DNA of 64,000 bases from an uncultured Pseudomonadota bacterium (GCA_963836235.1 CAWIIP010000002.1:320001-384000), one strand, 5' to 3'; positions 9,770 through 19,397 are shown, counted from the first letter of the stretch. Made by a program: numbers and translations. Notes: a model not told the origin generated them from the sequence alone.

Positions 9770-10561
9770 ATGAACCTTCGCCTGCAAATCGCGCCCATGG
9801 CTCTCATGGCCGCTGCTTTTCTAACAGCGTCCCTTTCTTACGCCGATGACAAGGCTTGGGTCCAATATTTAAAGCTTTCGAAAACTCAGATGATGGAACT
9901 CCGCAACGCGAATCAGACCAGAAAAGGAACGGTGCAACCCGAAAGGCAGGAACAGGAAGTCGCCACCCAAAGCCTGATGAACCAGGTCCTGGCCAATGCC
10001 GGGGATTCGGCGGTTCAACCCATTCTCAACCAGATTTTAGGGAAAATTAAAACGATCGACGGCGCCGATGAAAATTATTGGCAATCCTTAATGGGAGCCC
10101 TGAACCCAGCCCAAGTCGCCAAAATTTACTTGAAAGACCATCCCCCCAAAAACCCTTCGGCGGCGGCTTCCACCCCGGTAGCTCCCATACCCAATCCGGC
10201 GCCTCCCTATAACTGGAACGCTTATTTCGGCCTCACCCAAGACCAGCAAACCAAGTTAAAGGCGGCGGATCAGGACAAAAACAGCCAGATGAAATCAAAC
10301 CGGGATGAGAAAGAAGCCGCGGTCGAGCAATTAGACCAACTCGTCAATTCCAACGCTCCGGACGGTTCCATCCAACCGACTTTAGAAACCCTTTTCGCGG
10401 ATATACAAATTGAGCACCAAGGCAACCAGGCCTTCTGGGGAACTACATTACCGGGATTCTTGTCATCGACCCAAATGGCCAAGCTTTATCTTCACCGTCA
10501 CACACCGAAAGGGGTATTTAATCCGCCCGCGGTTCTTTCTCCGGCGGCCGCTTCTCATTAA
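9770..10561 (+). CDS. Periplasmic protein with two tandem Spy/CpxP-like (LTxxQ) repeats
   Basis: Signal peptide; repeats L(S/T)xxQ...L(N/S)xxQxAKxYL joined by a Pro-rich linker; ATG at 9770 follows a GAGGA RBS. Confidence 0.65.
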   Translation: MNLRLQIAPMALMAAAFLTASLSYADDKAWVQYLKLSKTQMMELRNANQTRKGTVQPERQEQEVATQSLMNQVLANAGDSAVQPILNQILGKIKTIDGADENYWQSLMGALNPAQVAKIYLKDHPPKNPSAAASTPVAPIPNPAPPYNWNAYFGLTQDQQTKLKAADQDKNSQMKSNRDEKEAAVEQLDQLVNSNAPDGSIQPTLETLFADIQIEHQGNQAFWGTTLPGFLSSTQMAKLYLHRHTPKGVFNPPAVLSPAAASH

Positions 10562-10570
10562 ACCAAAAAC

Positions 10571-10603
10571 AACAAAGAGCCGATAATTTGCCGGCCCTTT
10601 GTT
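10571..10603. terminator. Bidirectional terminator-like hairpin
   Basis: AACAAAG.GCCG...CGGC.CTTTGTT between convergent genes. Confidence 0.55.
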
Positions 10604-10620
10604 AATTCACCCGTCTTTTA

Positions 10621-12288
10621 TCATTTTTCCGACAGCTCAATGATACCCTGCCAGTCTTTCGGGGGACGGCGGCGATGCACTTCGGCCAGGGTCTTGATAT
10701 AACGGGCCGGACGGTCGCTGGGGGGCAGGTGGTCCAATATCTCATAGGCGCTTTCCCAGGCGCCTTTCTCGAATTCTTCCAGGCCCTTGGCGAAAAGTTT
10801 CTCATGATCCAAGTCAGCCGCCAGGGAATGGATCTCAAACAGGTCCAGGGCCACGTTCATTCCCGCGGGCTGGAACCTACCAATACGCCTGACACCGATC
10901 GTATCCAAGGTAATTTTGTTCGCCACTTCCCGGGTAACCAGGATGGGAACCTCGACGATTTTGGTAATGCCTTCGAGCCGGGAGGCCTGGTTGACCACCG
11001 GCCCCATCACCGTATAGGAAAAGAGTTGTTTAGCCCCCATGGATCCGGCCACAACTTGGCCCGTGTGGATGCCGATACCGCAACGCCAGGTAGGTGCTAC
11101 TTTTTCCAGGGCCGCCACCATGGCCAAAGCCGCGCGGCAGGACCGGTTGACGTGCTCAGGATCGGGGAAAGGCAGGTTCCAGCAGGCTAATATCCCATCG
11201 CCCAGGAACTGGAGCACGACCCCGTTTTCCTTGAAAATTTCCTCGGTCATGGCGGTCATCACGTCCTGCAGTTCCCCGGTTTTTTCCAGGATCTTCTCAG
11301 CCCTTCCCTCCGTGAGCTTGGAAAAACCCCTGATATCGAAAAACATGACGGTTCCTTCCGTGAGTTTGGGCTTGAGCTCGTCGGCCTCGGAGGATTCGAT
11401 GATTTTGGAGACAACTTGGCCCGAGAAAAACCTCTGGAGTCTTTCCTTCAACCCCTCCAGCCTCTGCACGGATAAGCTGCGGCCCACCATGTCGGCGATG
11501 AGCCCCACCAGGCGGCAATTGTCCTTGAGAATGGGTTCGTTCCCGCCCTGGCCCGCCACGTAAAAAAGTAGGGGCTCCTCGCCGGGAATTTGGGTGGCGG
11601 CACAAACCGCCCAGTCCGCGCCTTCCTGCAGTGTGGCGGAAAGGCTTTGTTCCCCGCTGGTCCAGCAATAAAGGAAAGGATGGGGGGCGTTTTTCAAAGC
11701 CTCCTCAATGAGGGTCCGGCTGGTCCTGAACCCCGTCGAATCAATCGCCGAATCGACCGCCAATACCTTTCCGCCCGGGCGCATGATCTGGGACCAAGCG
11801 CCCCCGCTGACCGATCTGAGGAGGCTGGCAATATGGGCAAAGGAATCGGAATCAGATTTTTCCCGCAGGATTTCGGGAAGTTCCAGAAGGTCTAAGATAC
11901 GCAAGCGATCGGAAACCTCGCTTTTTTCGTAAATTTCTGCGTGGCCCATCGAAAGTTTCAGGTCTGGTTTTACTTCATCCCGGCGGGAACTTAACAGAGA
12001 GAAAAGAAAACGGGTTTTGCCCACGACGAACTGGTCGCCGTTCTCGATGAAGAAGGCTTCCTTTTCCTGTCCCTGGTGGAAGACGGGATTGGTGGCCCCG
12101 GTTAGGCGCTTGACGTTCAAGCGGCCCGATTTCATGCGCAATTCCAGGTGCCTTCGGCTAAGAAATTTCTCGTGAGAAACCGGCCAATCGGATTCGTCCG
12201 TGCGGCCCAACACCACGGACTGGTTTTCGCCTAACTCGAAGCGAAGGGTGGTCTCGCCCTGCCGGATGGCCTCTACGACGGCCTTCAT
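10621..12288 (-). CDS. FHA-domain class III adenylate/guanylate cyclase
   Basis: FHA motifs LGR, LSRRH and TNPV; cyclase motifs FFDIRGFS, FLGDGIL, GIGIHTG and VNQASRLE; likely start ATG at 12288. Confidence 0.88.
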   Translation of the reverse strand: MKAVVEAIRQGETTLRFELGENQSVVLGRTDESDWPVSHEKFLSRRHLELRMKSGRLNVKRLTGATNPVFHQGQEKEAFFIENGDQFVVGKTRFLFSLLSSRRDEVKPDLKLSMGHAEIYEKSEVSDRLRILDLLELPEILREKSDSDSFAHIASLLRSVSGGAWSQIMRPGGKVLAVDSAIDSTGFRTSRTLIEEALKNAPHPFLYCWTSGEQSLSATLQEGADWAVCAATQIPGEEPLLFYVAGQGGNEPILKDNCRLVGLIADMVGRSLSVQRLEGLKERLQRFFSGQVVSKIIESSEADELKPKLTEGTVMFFDIRGFSKLTEGRAEKILEKTGELQDVMTAMTEEIFKENGVVLQFLGDGILACWNLPFPDPEHVNRSCRAALAMVAALEKVAPTWRCGIGIHTGQVVAGSMGAKQLFSYTVMGPVVNQASRLEGITKIVEVPILVTREVANKITLDTIGVRRIGRFQPAGMNVALDLFEIHSLAADLDHEKLFAKGLEEFEKGAWESAYEILDHLPPSDRPARYIKTLAEVHRRRPPKDWQGIIELSEK

Positions 12289-12319
12289 GAGGCACCACCA
12301 CTCAAAGGCAAAAACCTTT

Positions 12320-12409
12320 TGAACAACCAAGACACAAAGGGCACCCTGCCAACCTCTTTGAAAGGTTTATGGAAGGTCGACATGGTGTTCTTTGTGTCTT
12401 CGTGGTTCA
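12320..12409. repeat. Long imperfect intergenic palindrome (REP-like)
   Basis: GAACAACCAAGACACAAAGGGCACC pairs with GGTGTTCTTTGTGTCTTCGTGGTTC. Confidence 0.7.
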
Positions 12410-12412
12410 TGT

Positions 12413-15400
12413 TTATTTTTCGCCTTTACGGTATTGCACCCATAATCGTACCCACTGGTCCGCGGGTACCGGATCCAAGGAGCCTTGGGAATTGACTTGG
12501 CACCGCCCCGCCACCTGTGAGGCCAGTAAAAGCCGTTCCGGGTCCGCCTGGGGGCTCACCCAATCGGCATCAATCTTGGTTAGGGTACCGTCCTTGCCCA
12601 ACAGTTTGACGTAATTTTCAGAGGGATCAAATCCCATGGCCCGGACCAAGGTTCCGTCCTGCACTTCTTCGCTGATGGCTTCCCCAGTTCGGGTATCCCA
12701 CCATTGCCATCCCCCATCCTGATAGGCCACGAAAAGGGCTTCGCCTTTCGGACTGAAGGAACAGTCCTGGATCGGCCCCTCATGCTTCAAGGAATTACCG
12801 ATGGGTAAGCCTGTAACGAGGTCCCAAAGACGGATGTTTCCGTCCCCTCCCAAGGTAGCTGCCTTCTTGCTGTCCGGGCATAAGATCGCGCCCGAAAGCC
12901 CCGGACCATGTTTTAAGCTCAAAAGGATCTTGCCGGTCTTCGTGTCATATAGAACCGCCGTGGAACCGGAGTACAAAAGCAGGCTGCCGCTATCCGGGCT
13001 GAAAACGGCATTTTTCACGCCCTTCTCGATTTTCACCAATGGCTTCATATCCCCCTCGCCCGCCGGATAAAGTTTGAAGCCCCCGTTCACGCTCAAGGCC
13101 GCCATTTTCTCCCCGTCCGGGGAAAGCAGGGCTTTGGTGATGTTCAAACCCGTTGGAACTGGCTTACCCCATTCCTCACCGGTTGAGGCTTTCCAAGACC
13201 TTAAATACTTATCCTCGCCGCCCGTTAGGATTTTCATTCCATCCGCGCTAAAAGCCCCTCCGTGCACGGCCTTTTCATGAGGAAGGGCCGTGAATTTGCC
13301 CGTCGCTAGGTTCCAAAGGCGGGCTTCATTGTCCTTGTCACATATCAACAGGCTTGAGCCGTCCGGATTAAAAACAGCCCGCAAAATGCTTCCCCCGGCG
13401 ACCATAACCTCACCCACCGGACCACCGGTGGCCGCGTCCCATAAGCAAGCGGTCTTGCCCCCATAGGTCAGGACTTGCTTCAAATCCGGGCTAAAAAGGG
13501 CATGGTCCTGGAGTTTTTTGAAATGTTCCCGGCCGGATTTTTCCCATTCGAGCGAAGCCGGGTCTTCTTCATCCCCGCCTCTTTTCCAAAGACAGGCCAA
13601 TCCATCCTTGCATCCAGTCGCCAAGCTATTCCCCTGGGGCTGGAAAGCTGCAGCAGTGATCATGTCTCCCTGCCAAAAAGCGTGGTCCAGCAGTTCGCCC
13701 CGTTGGGCGTCCCAAACCCGGACTACATGGTCGGTGTCGCCGGTGAGAATCTCGCTACCGTCTGAATTAAAGGCAAGGACCATGATCTTGCCCGGCGTTT
13801 TCAGACTAAATTTCAAGGGGAGGTGGGATTGGGCGCCCCAAACCCGGGCCAACCCCACCGCCCCGCCAAAAACAACCGAGGTCAGCACGCGTTTTCCATC
13901 CGGGCTATAAACAGCCCGGGCTCCCACTCCATCCAGAAAAAGCGGATGCCCCGACCGCCGGGCCTTATTGTCGTAAAATTTCACCGTTCCATCCCATCCG
14001 GTAACCAGGAAACCCCTTCCGTCCGGGTTAAAAACTACGCTGGGCTTATACCAAGCCGGTGCTCCTTGGAGATCCACTTTAATGGAATCGCCCAAAGCGT
14101 TGCCGTTGTCCGCCTCCCACAGTTGGACGGCTCCTTCCTTATCCACCGTCAAGACCCTATCGGCGTTCGGGTTGAAAGCCGCCAGAAAAAGGGGCCGGTC
14201 ATGTTCCATCGGGGTCGCCAAAGGCCTTCCGGTAGCTGTGTTCCATTCCCGTGCGATGCCGTCCGCACTGGCGGTGAGCACTTTTTGACCGTCATCGCTG
14301 AAGGATACGGAGGTGATTTCTTTTTTCTGCTCGACTTGGCGGCCCACGGCCTTTTGGGTGGCCACATCGAAAACCTGGGCTTCCCCTTGTGAGTCTCCCA
14401 GAACCAATTTGGAACCGTTCTTGCTGAAAGCCGCAGCGGTTAAGGCTCCGCCCAACTTGAGAGGACGGCTCACGGCTTGCCCTGTTTCAGCGTCCCAAAG
14501 CTTGGCTCCCAAGGTGCCGCCCGCGGTCAAAAGGATTTTCCCGTCCGGACTGTAGGCCACCGCCACCACGCTTCCATCGTGGGCGAAAAAACGCTTCGGA
14601 ATTGGCGGCATGTGCAATACGGCGTTGCCCCGGGCCAAAAGTGATGGAAACATCTTGTTGGAAGCGGCGAAATAGGCGGTTGCCGAAGCCTCATCCCCCT
14701 TCTCCAGAAATTCCCTTCCCCGCAGGACATAGTTAAAAGCGGTATCCTGGATTTGGGCCTTTTGGTGCTGGGATACAATGAAAAGCGCGGCCAGCACTGC
14801 CACGAGGGCCGCACAAGTGACCAACACCGAGGTCCGGTAACGCAGGAAGAATTTACCCAGCCAATAGCCCAAATCCTGGGAGAGGGGGCTGACCGGCTTG
14901 CCTTCCCGCCGGTTTTTGAGGTCCTTGAGCACCCCGGCAGCAGAGCTATACCTTTCATCGGGATTAGCCCTCATGCATTTGGCCACAATAGCCGAAAGGT
15001 CCCGATCCACCGCGCCTTTGGTGCGGGTGAAAAGGTCAGGTACGGTCTGGAATTCGATGGCCTCGCGGTAGATTTTTAATCTTTCACTCACGCCGGGGGC
15101 CATCTCCAATTGGTCCGATATTTCAGCATGGGGAACTTGGTGGGCCAGGACGGCATAAATGGTGCACCCTAAGGCGTAAATATCCCACCGGGGATCGGGT
15201 TGGGGAGGATTTTCCGGATCTTCCATTAAGGCCTGTTCGGGTGCCATAAAAAAAAGGGTTCCCAGGGCTCCGCCCGATTCCCTCAAAATCCGGGAGTTTC
15301 CAAAATCCGCCACCCGAACATGCCTTTCCTCATCCAGAAGAACATTAGCGGGTTTGAGATCGCAATGGACCATCTGTTTGGCATGGACATATTGAAGGGC

Positions 15401-15883
15401 CTGGGCGATTTCCTCCATCCAATCGGCGACCTCGCCCGTTTCCAAAGCCTCTTTCCCTGCCCGACCGCTTTCCATCAACTGCTCCAGGGAACCTTCCTGG
15501 GCCAGGTCCATCACGTAATAGGGAATCTCGCCGCTGAGGTCCGCGTCCAACAGGGACACGATATGGGGATGCTTGTCCAAACGAATGAGGCGATCGGCCT
15601 CCCGTTGCAGGTAAAACCAATAGACGCCGCTTTTTTTGGTGAAGATTTTCACAGCAACGAATTTACGCGTGCGGAGCTGAACGGCTTCCCAAACCTCGGC
15701 ATAGGCCCCACGGCCAATGGGCTTCAGGAGCATGTAACCGGTGATCTTAGGGGCATCGGAATGCTGTTTTAAATCCGGCAATTCAGACAACTTCTGGGAA
15801 ACCTTTTGGGCATCTATCGTTTGGGCCATGGTGTGGAGGATATTGTCGGGTTCTTCGGATGGGTTTTTCTTTTTCCGAGCCAT
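12413..15883 (-). CDS. Hanks-type Ser/Thr kinase with a TM segment and multiple WD40 repeats
   Basis: GRGAYAEV, VAVK, HCDLKPAN, DFG and APEQ motifs; many 'AFSPDG..LT...D..ARLWD' repeats. Confidence 0.93.
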   Translation of the reverse strand: MARKKKNPSEEPDNILHTMAQTIDAQKVSQKLSELPDLKQHSDAPKITGYMLLKPIGRGAYAEVWEAVQLRTRKFVAVKIFTKKSGVYWFYLQREADRLIRLDKHPHIVSLLDADLSGEIPYYVMDLAQEGSLEQLMESGRAGKEALETGEVADWMEEIAQALQYVHAKQMVHCDLKPANVLLDEERHVRVADFGNSRILRESGGALGTLFFMAPEQALMEDPENPPQPDPRWDIYALGCTIYAVLAHQVPHAEISDQLEMAPGVSERLKIYREAIEFQTVPDLFTRTKGAVDRDLSAIVAKCMRANPDERYSSAAGVLKDLKNRREGKPVSPLSQDLGYWLGKFFLRYRTSVLVTCAALVAVLAALFIVSQHQKAQIQDTAFNYVLRGREFLEKGDEASATAYFAASNKMFPSLLARGNAVLHMPPIPKRFFAHDGSVVAVAYSPDGKILLTAGGTLGAKLWDAETGQAVSRPLKLGGALTAAAFSKNGSKLVLGDSQGEAQVFDVATQKAVGRQVEQKKEITSVSFSDDGQKVLTASADGIAREWNTATGRPLATPMEHDRPLFLAAFNPNADRVLTVDKEGAVQLWEADNGNALGDSIKVDLQGAPAWYKPSVVFNPDGRGFLVTGWDGTVKFYDNKARRSGHPLFLDGVGARAVYSPDGKRVLTSVVFGGAVGLARVWGAQSHLPLKFSLKTPGKIMVLAFNSDGSEILTGDTDHVVRVWDAQRGELLDHAFWQGDMITAAAFQPQGNSLATGCKDGLACLWKRGGDEEDPASLEWEKSGREHFKKLQDHALFSPDLKQVLTYGGKTACLWDAATGGPVGEVMVAGGSILRAVFNPDGSSLLICDKDNEARLWNLATGKFTALPHEKAVHGGAFSADGMKILTGGEDKYLRSWKASTGEEWGKPVPTGLNITKALLSPDGEKMAALSVNGGFKLYPAGEGDMKPLVKIEKGVKNAVFSPDSGSLLLYSGSTAVLYDTKTGKILLSLKHGPGLSGAILCPDSKKAATLGGDGNIRLWDLVTGLPIGNSLKHEGPIQDCSFSPKGEALFVAYQDGGWQWWDTRTGEAISEEVQDGTLVRAMGFDPSENYVKLLGKDGTLTKIDADWVSPQADPERLLLASQVAGRCQVNSQGSLDPVPADQWVRLWVQYRKGEK

Positions 15884-16010
15884 GGTTTCCTCAAGGTGTC
15901 ATCACCGGGGTCACCCGGCGGATAGATCGAGACCAAATGATACCTGATTTAAGGGGAACAAAAAAGCCGGGATCCTCATCGAAGTTTTCCTTGAAGATTG
16001 TGATTCGAGG

Positions 16011-17246
16011 TTAAAACCAGTAGCGGAAACGAAAAAAAATCGCTGAAAGGATTTTGCTCCAAAGAGGTCTTTGTTTCAACTCCGCTAAATTAATTTCTCG
16101 GCAATGAGCTTGGTCTTTTTCAAACCGAAGTTCCAAATTTAGGAGAGATTTTTTTTCCTGGGGAATGACATTGACTTCCAAATCCTTTCGTAGGCTTCGG
16201 TAATCCAAATTGCTGGAACCCACCAAAGCCCAAGAATCCATTAAAATCGTTTTTGCGTGAAGAATCCGTCCCTCCAATTCGAAAATTCGGCAACCTGCTT
16301 TCAGAAGGGAGGGAAAATAAGTCATGGAGACCCATCGCACCATGGGAACATCCGATCTGCCGGGCAAGATCAGGCGGACGTCACAGCCCCTTTTGGCCGC
16401 CCGGACCAGCCCCCTTAAAAGAGGCCCAGTTGGAATAAAATAAGGCGTGATCAGCCAAGTGCGGCGCCGGGCCGAGCCGATGCGTTGAAGTAATTCCCTC
16501 CGGAACAACCGACGCAGTTTTCGGCTGGCGGTCATACGAATGGGGCTTCCCATCACATCGTTCGTAAGCCACTTGATCAGGGAATGACGGTACAAGTGGG
16601 CGAAATGGTGGGGCCAGGGATCTTCCCAAGCCACATGGAAGGCCAGTTGAAAAACCAGGCTATGAACTCCTGAAAGACCGATACCCGTGTCCCGCCAGGC
16701 CGTCTTCCCTCTCACCTTTTCCAAGTGCCAATCGGAAACATTGAAACTTCCGATCCAAACCTTCTGACCGTCAACAATATATTGTTTTCGGTGGTCCCGG
16801 TGTTTTCCGCTGTTAAAGATGGAAAACGCGTATTGGACGGATTGAACCGGACGAAGAAACCGAAAACGGTGGAGGATGGATGAAAAAAAAGTGGGCCAAG
16901 AACGGTATATCCGGTGCTGAACCCGCCCTTTTTCCAATCGCGGGCCATAATGGGCAAGAAAGTCGGGTGAACCAACCCCATCCACCAATAATCGCACCCG
17001 GACGCCGCGCCGTTGGGCTCGAATAAGGGCATCGACCATTTGATCCGCCAAACGGCCCGGCTCGAAGATATAGGTTTCGATATCAATGTTCTTACGGGCT
17101 TTTTTAAGGGCTTTCAAGACATCCCGGAAATAATCGTCGCCGCGGAAATAAATTTTTTCTTTGGCCCAGTTTTTTCTGGATTTAGCCGCAGGGGGCTGTT
17201 TCGATAGGGTTGAAGGAGATTTCATGGATTTGTTCGGATTCCTCAA
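16011..17246 (-). CDS. Cardiolipin synthase-like phospholipase D (ClsB type)
   Basis: Two HKD motifs (HRKQYIVD, HAKTILMD); TPYFIP and GSSNLD. Confidence 0.9.
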   Translation of the reverse strand: MRNPNKSMKSPSTLSKQPPAAKSRKNWAKEKIYFRGDDYFRDVLKALKKARKNIDIETYIFEPGRLADQMVDALIRAQRRGVRVRLLVDGVGSPDFLAHYGPRLEKGRVQHRIYRSWPTFFSSILHRFRFLRPVQSVQYAFSIFNSGKHRDHRKQYIVDGQKVWIGSFNVSDWHLEKVRGKTAWRDTGIGLSGVHSLVFQLAFHVAWEDPWPHHFAHLYRHSLIKWLTNDVMGSPIRMTASRKLRRLFRRELLQRIGSARRRTWLITPYFIPTGPLLRGLVRAAKRGCDVRLILPGRSDVPMVRWVSMTYFPSLLKAGCRIFELEGRILHAKTILMDSWALVGSSNLDYRSLRKDLEVNVIPQEKKSLLNLELRFEKDQAHCREINLAELKQRPLWSKILSAIFFRFRYWF

Positions 17247-17339
17247 AGAGACATGGTTGATCGTAACCTTTGTACCCCTCCAAACCTATAAAAGGAAGGT
17301 TGGATTGCTTTTTAAAAAGGACAGGGCTAATTTAAAGAC

Positions 17340-17732
17340 ATGAGTTTTAAAAACATCTTCTTAATCATGGGTATTTTTCTCTGGTTGGCCGAACCCTTCC
17401 TCACCCCGGGGGTGACCACTCAGCGCGCCAAGACCCAGGTTTGTTCCACTTGCGGGATGAAAAACACCTGTGGTGTCGTTTGTTGCTGCTCTCATTCCCC
17501 CTGTTCAAAGCAGTCCTCTCAACAAGTGCCGGGTCTTTACGCCGCCGGTTGCCATCCGGACGGTTCCCGTTCCAGCCTTTTTCCCAATAGCTTCGCAAGG
17601 TGGATGCCCCCTCCGGGTTTTAAAATCCTTCCCCTCTTCACCCAGCATAAGCTGACCCTCATGACCGTCGTTCCTTTGGCAGTCTTTTCGGAAGTTCCTA
17701 CCCCTCCTCCTAATTTGGATTTTCGCTCGTAG
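17340..17732 (+). CDS. Cys-rich exported leader protein with C-terminal polyproline (DUF2946/CutF/CruR-like putative arrest peptide)
   Basis: Hydrophobic N-terminus, CSTC..C..CCC..C cluster and EVPTPPP six residues before the stop. Confidence 0.65.
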   Translation: MSFKNIFLIMGIFLWLAEPFLTPGVTTQRAKTQVCSTCGMKNTCGVVCCCSHSPCSKQSSQQVPGLYAAGCHPDGSRSSLFPNSFARWMPPPGFKILPLFTQHKLTLMTVVPLAVFSEVPTPPPNLDFRS

Positions 17733-17756
17733 TTTTTTCACAAAAATCCAAAGGAG
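17707..17756 (+). promoter_or_regulatory. Stem-loop sequestering the RBS of the downstream barrel gene
   Basis: CTCC-taa-TTTGGATTTT (17707-17723) pairs with AAAATCCAAA-GGAG (17743-17756). Confidence 0.65.
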
Positions 17757-17764
17757 AAAATTCA

Positions 17765-18796
17765 ATGATGAATCAATGGCGTTTGCTGTTTTTGTTATTA
17801 GCTTGTTTCTTAACGGCATTTCAATCGGTAATGGCTTGTTCGGTCTGCGGTTGCGGCGACCCCTTGGCTTCCTCGGGCAGCGCCCATCCGATGGCGGATT
17901 CCTTCCGGTTGGATTTCGAGAGTATTTATCTCACGGCCGCCGCGATAGGCGACGCCCCCGGCGATACCCAATGGGAATCATTGCGCCAAGTCAACTTAAA
18001 CACCACCTTGAGCTATGCTCCAACTGACGACATCTCGCTTATAGTGATGCTGCCATTGGTTGAAAAGTATTGGTCGCTTTCAGCCGGACCCGGCAACGCA
18101 TATGCCGTTGTACCGGGCGGGGACATAGCGGATACGGGCACACCTTTCGGTATTGGTGATATTAATATCGGAGCCCGTTACTTTTTTTGGCAGGAGACCG
18201 ACTTCAAAACGAAAATACACCAGGCCTTGGCGCTTTCCGTCGGTTCTTATCTGCCTACCGGCACGACAAACATTATCTCCGGCATTACGGGAAATCCGAT
18301 TGATACCCATGCCCAATTAGGCACGGGCGCTTTTGGACTTTACGCCGGTTTGTTATACAACCATGTTTGGGATGATTTTACCCTGAGCGCAAACGGGAAC
18401 GTGATTTTCCATACAGCCGCCCTTACGAACGACACCGATTCGGCGGTTTATGAATATACTTTTGGCACTTCTTACACCGGAGGTATTTCAGGTCAACTAA
18501 AGGTCGGAGATACCCTGGCGGTTGGTTTGGCGTTGGAAGGACGATACACAGACCCCGACACCGAACCCAACCCTAACGATAGCAACAGTGACGGAAGTAT
18601 AGCCGCCGGACAGCCCATATGGGACACGCCCAACACCGGTGGCACGGTCATCGATCTTTCACCTTCGGTTTATTGGAATGTGTCGGGCGATTCGGTTCTT
18701 TACGGAAAAGTTCAGATCCCCACGATCACCAATTTCATTGGTTCGCAGACACTGGGACCCACTTACGTTTTCGGCACCCAATTTCTTATCCACTGA
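17765..18796 (+). CDS. Outer-membrane beta-barrel transporter-like protein with N-terminal CxxCGC motif
   Basis: Signal peptide followed by CSVCGCGD; GIGDINIGARY, LPTG and QLGTG motifs of the MetA-pathway/transporter barrel family; amphipathic strands. Confidence 0.75.
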   Translation: MMNQWRLLFLLLACFLTAFQSVMACSVCGCGDPLASSGSAHPMADSFRLDFESIYLTAAAIGDAPGDTQWESLRQVNLNTTLSYAPTDDISLIVMLPLVEKYWSLSAGPGNAYAVVPGGDIADTGTPFGIGDINIGARYFFWQETDFKTKIHQALALSVGSYLPTGTTNIISGITGNPIDTHAQLGTGAFGLYAGLLYNHVWDDFTLSANGNVIFHTAALTNDTDSAVYEYTFGTSYTGGISGQLKVGDTLAVGLALEGRYTDPDTEPNPNDSNSDGSIAAGQPIWDTPNTGGTVIDLSPSVYWNVSGDSVLYGKVQIPTITNFIGSQTLGPTYVFGTQFLIH

Positions 18797-18826
18797 TATT
18801 TAAGAAGCAAGAATTCGGGTAGAATT

Positions 18827-18866
18827 GAGCTCGTTCGCAACAAAAAACCGAACGGGCTCTTTACTT
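18827..18866 (+). terminator. Rho-independent terminator
   Basis: GAGCTCGTTCG..CGAACGGGCTC followed by a short T-run. Confidence 0.55.
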
Positions 18867-18927
18867 AGGGCTCGGGATCATTTAGCTTTGTGCCCTTCCA
18901 TAATTAGCGGGTAAAGAAAGGAAAAAG

Positions 18928-19389
18928 ATGACTCTCTTTAAATATTTCAACCCTGTTTTTTTTCTCTTTATCTTGGGGATCCTGCTTCCGCGAACCCTCC
19001 TGGCGGACGCGAAAGATCTCAAAAGCCTTCAATCAGATTTCTCAAAAACGGCGCTTCCCATCCTCCAGCAAAGTTGTTTCGCCTGTCACGGTCCTAAGCC
19101 GCAAAGCACGGATGGCATCCAAGACTCCAACCTGAAGAAAAAGACCGTTAAAGTGATTGCCAAAGCCCAAAAAGAATTCTCCATGGTCGAAACTTTTCCC
19201 TTTCCCGAAAGCGATGATCCCAAGGACGATTTGAAAGATATAACTAAAGCACTTCAAAAAGGATGGATGCCTCCCAAATCTCAAAAAACTTTGAATTTGG
19301 GCCAACCCTTGAGCGCCCAGGATAAAAAAGTCCTTTTAGATTGGGCGCTCAGGACACTAAAATCAACTCCCGATAAATCCGTTCAATAG
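18928..19389 (+). CDS. Monoheme c-type cytochrome (heme-binding domain)
   Basis: Signal peptide, SCFACH, distal WMPP and C-terminal LLDW. Confidence 0.8.
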   Translation: MTLFKYFNPVFFLFILGILLPRTLLADAKDLKSLQSDFSKTALPILQQSCFACHGPKPQSTDGIQDSNLKKKTVKVIAKAQKEFSMVETFPFPESDDPKDDLKDITKALQKGWMPPKSQKTLNLGQPLSAQDKKVLLDWALRTLKSTPDKSVQ

Positions 19390-19397
19390 GAAAACCG

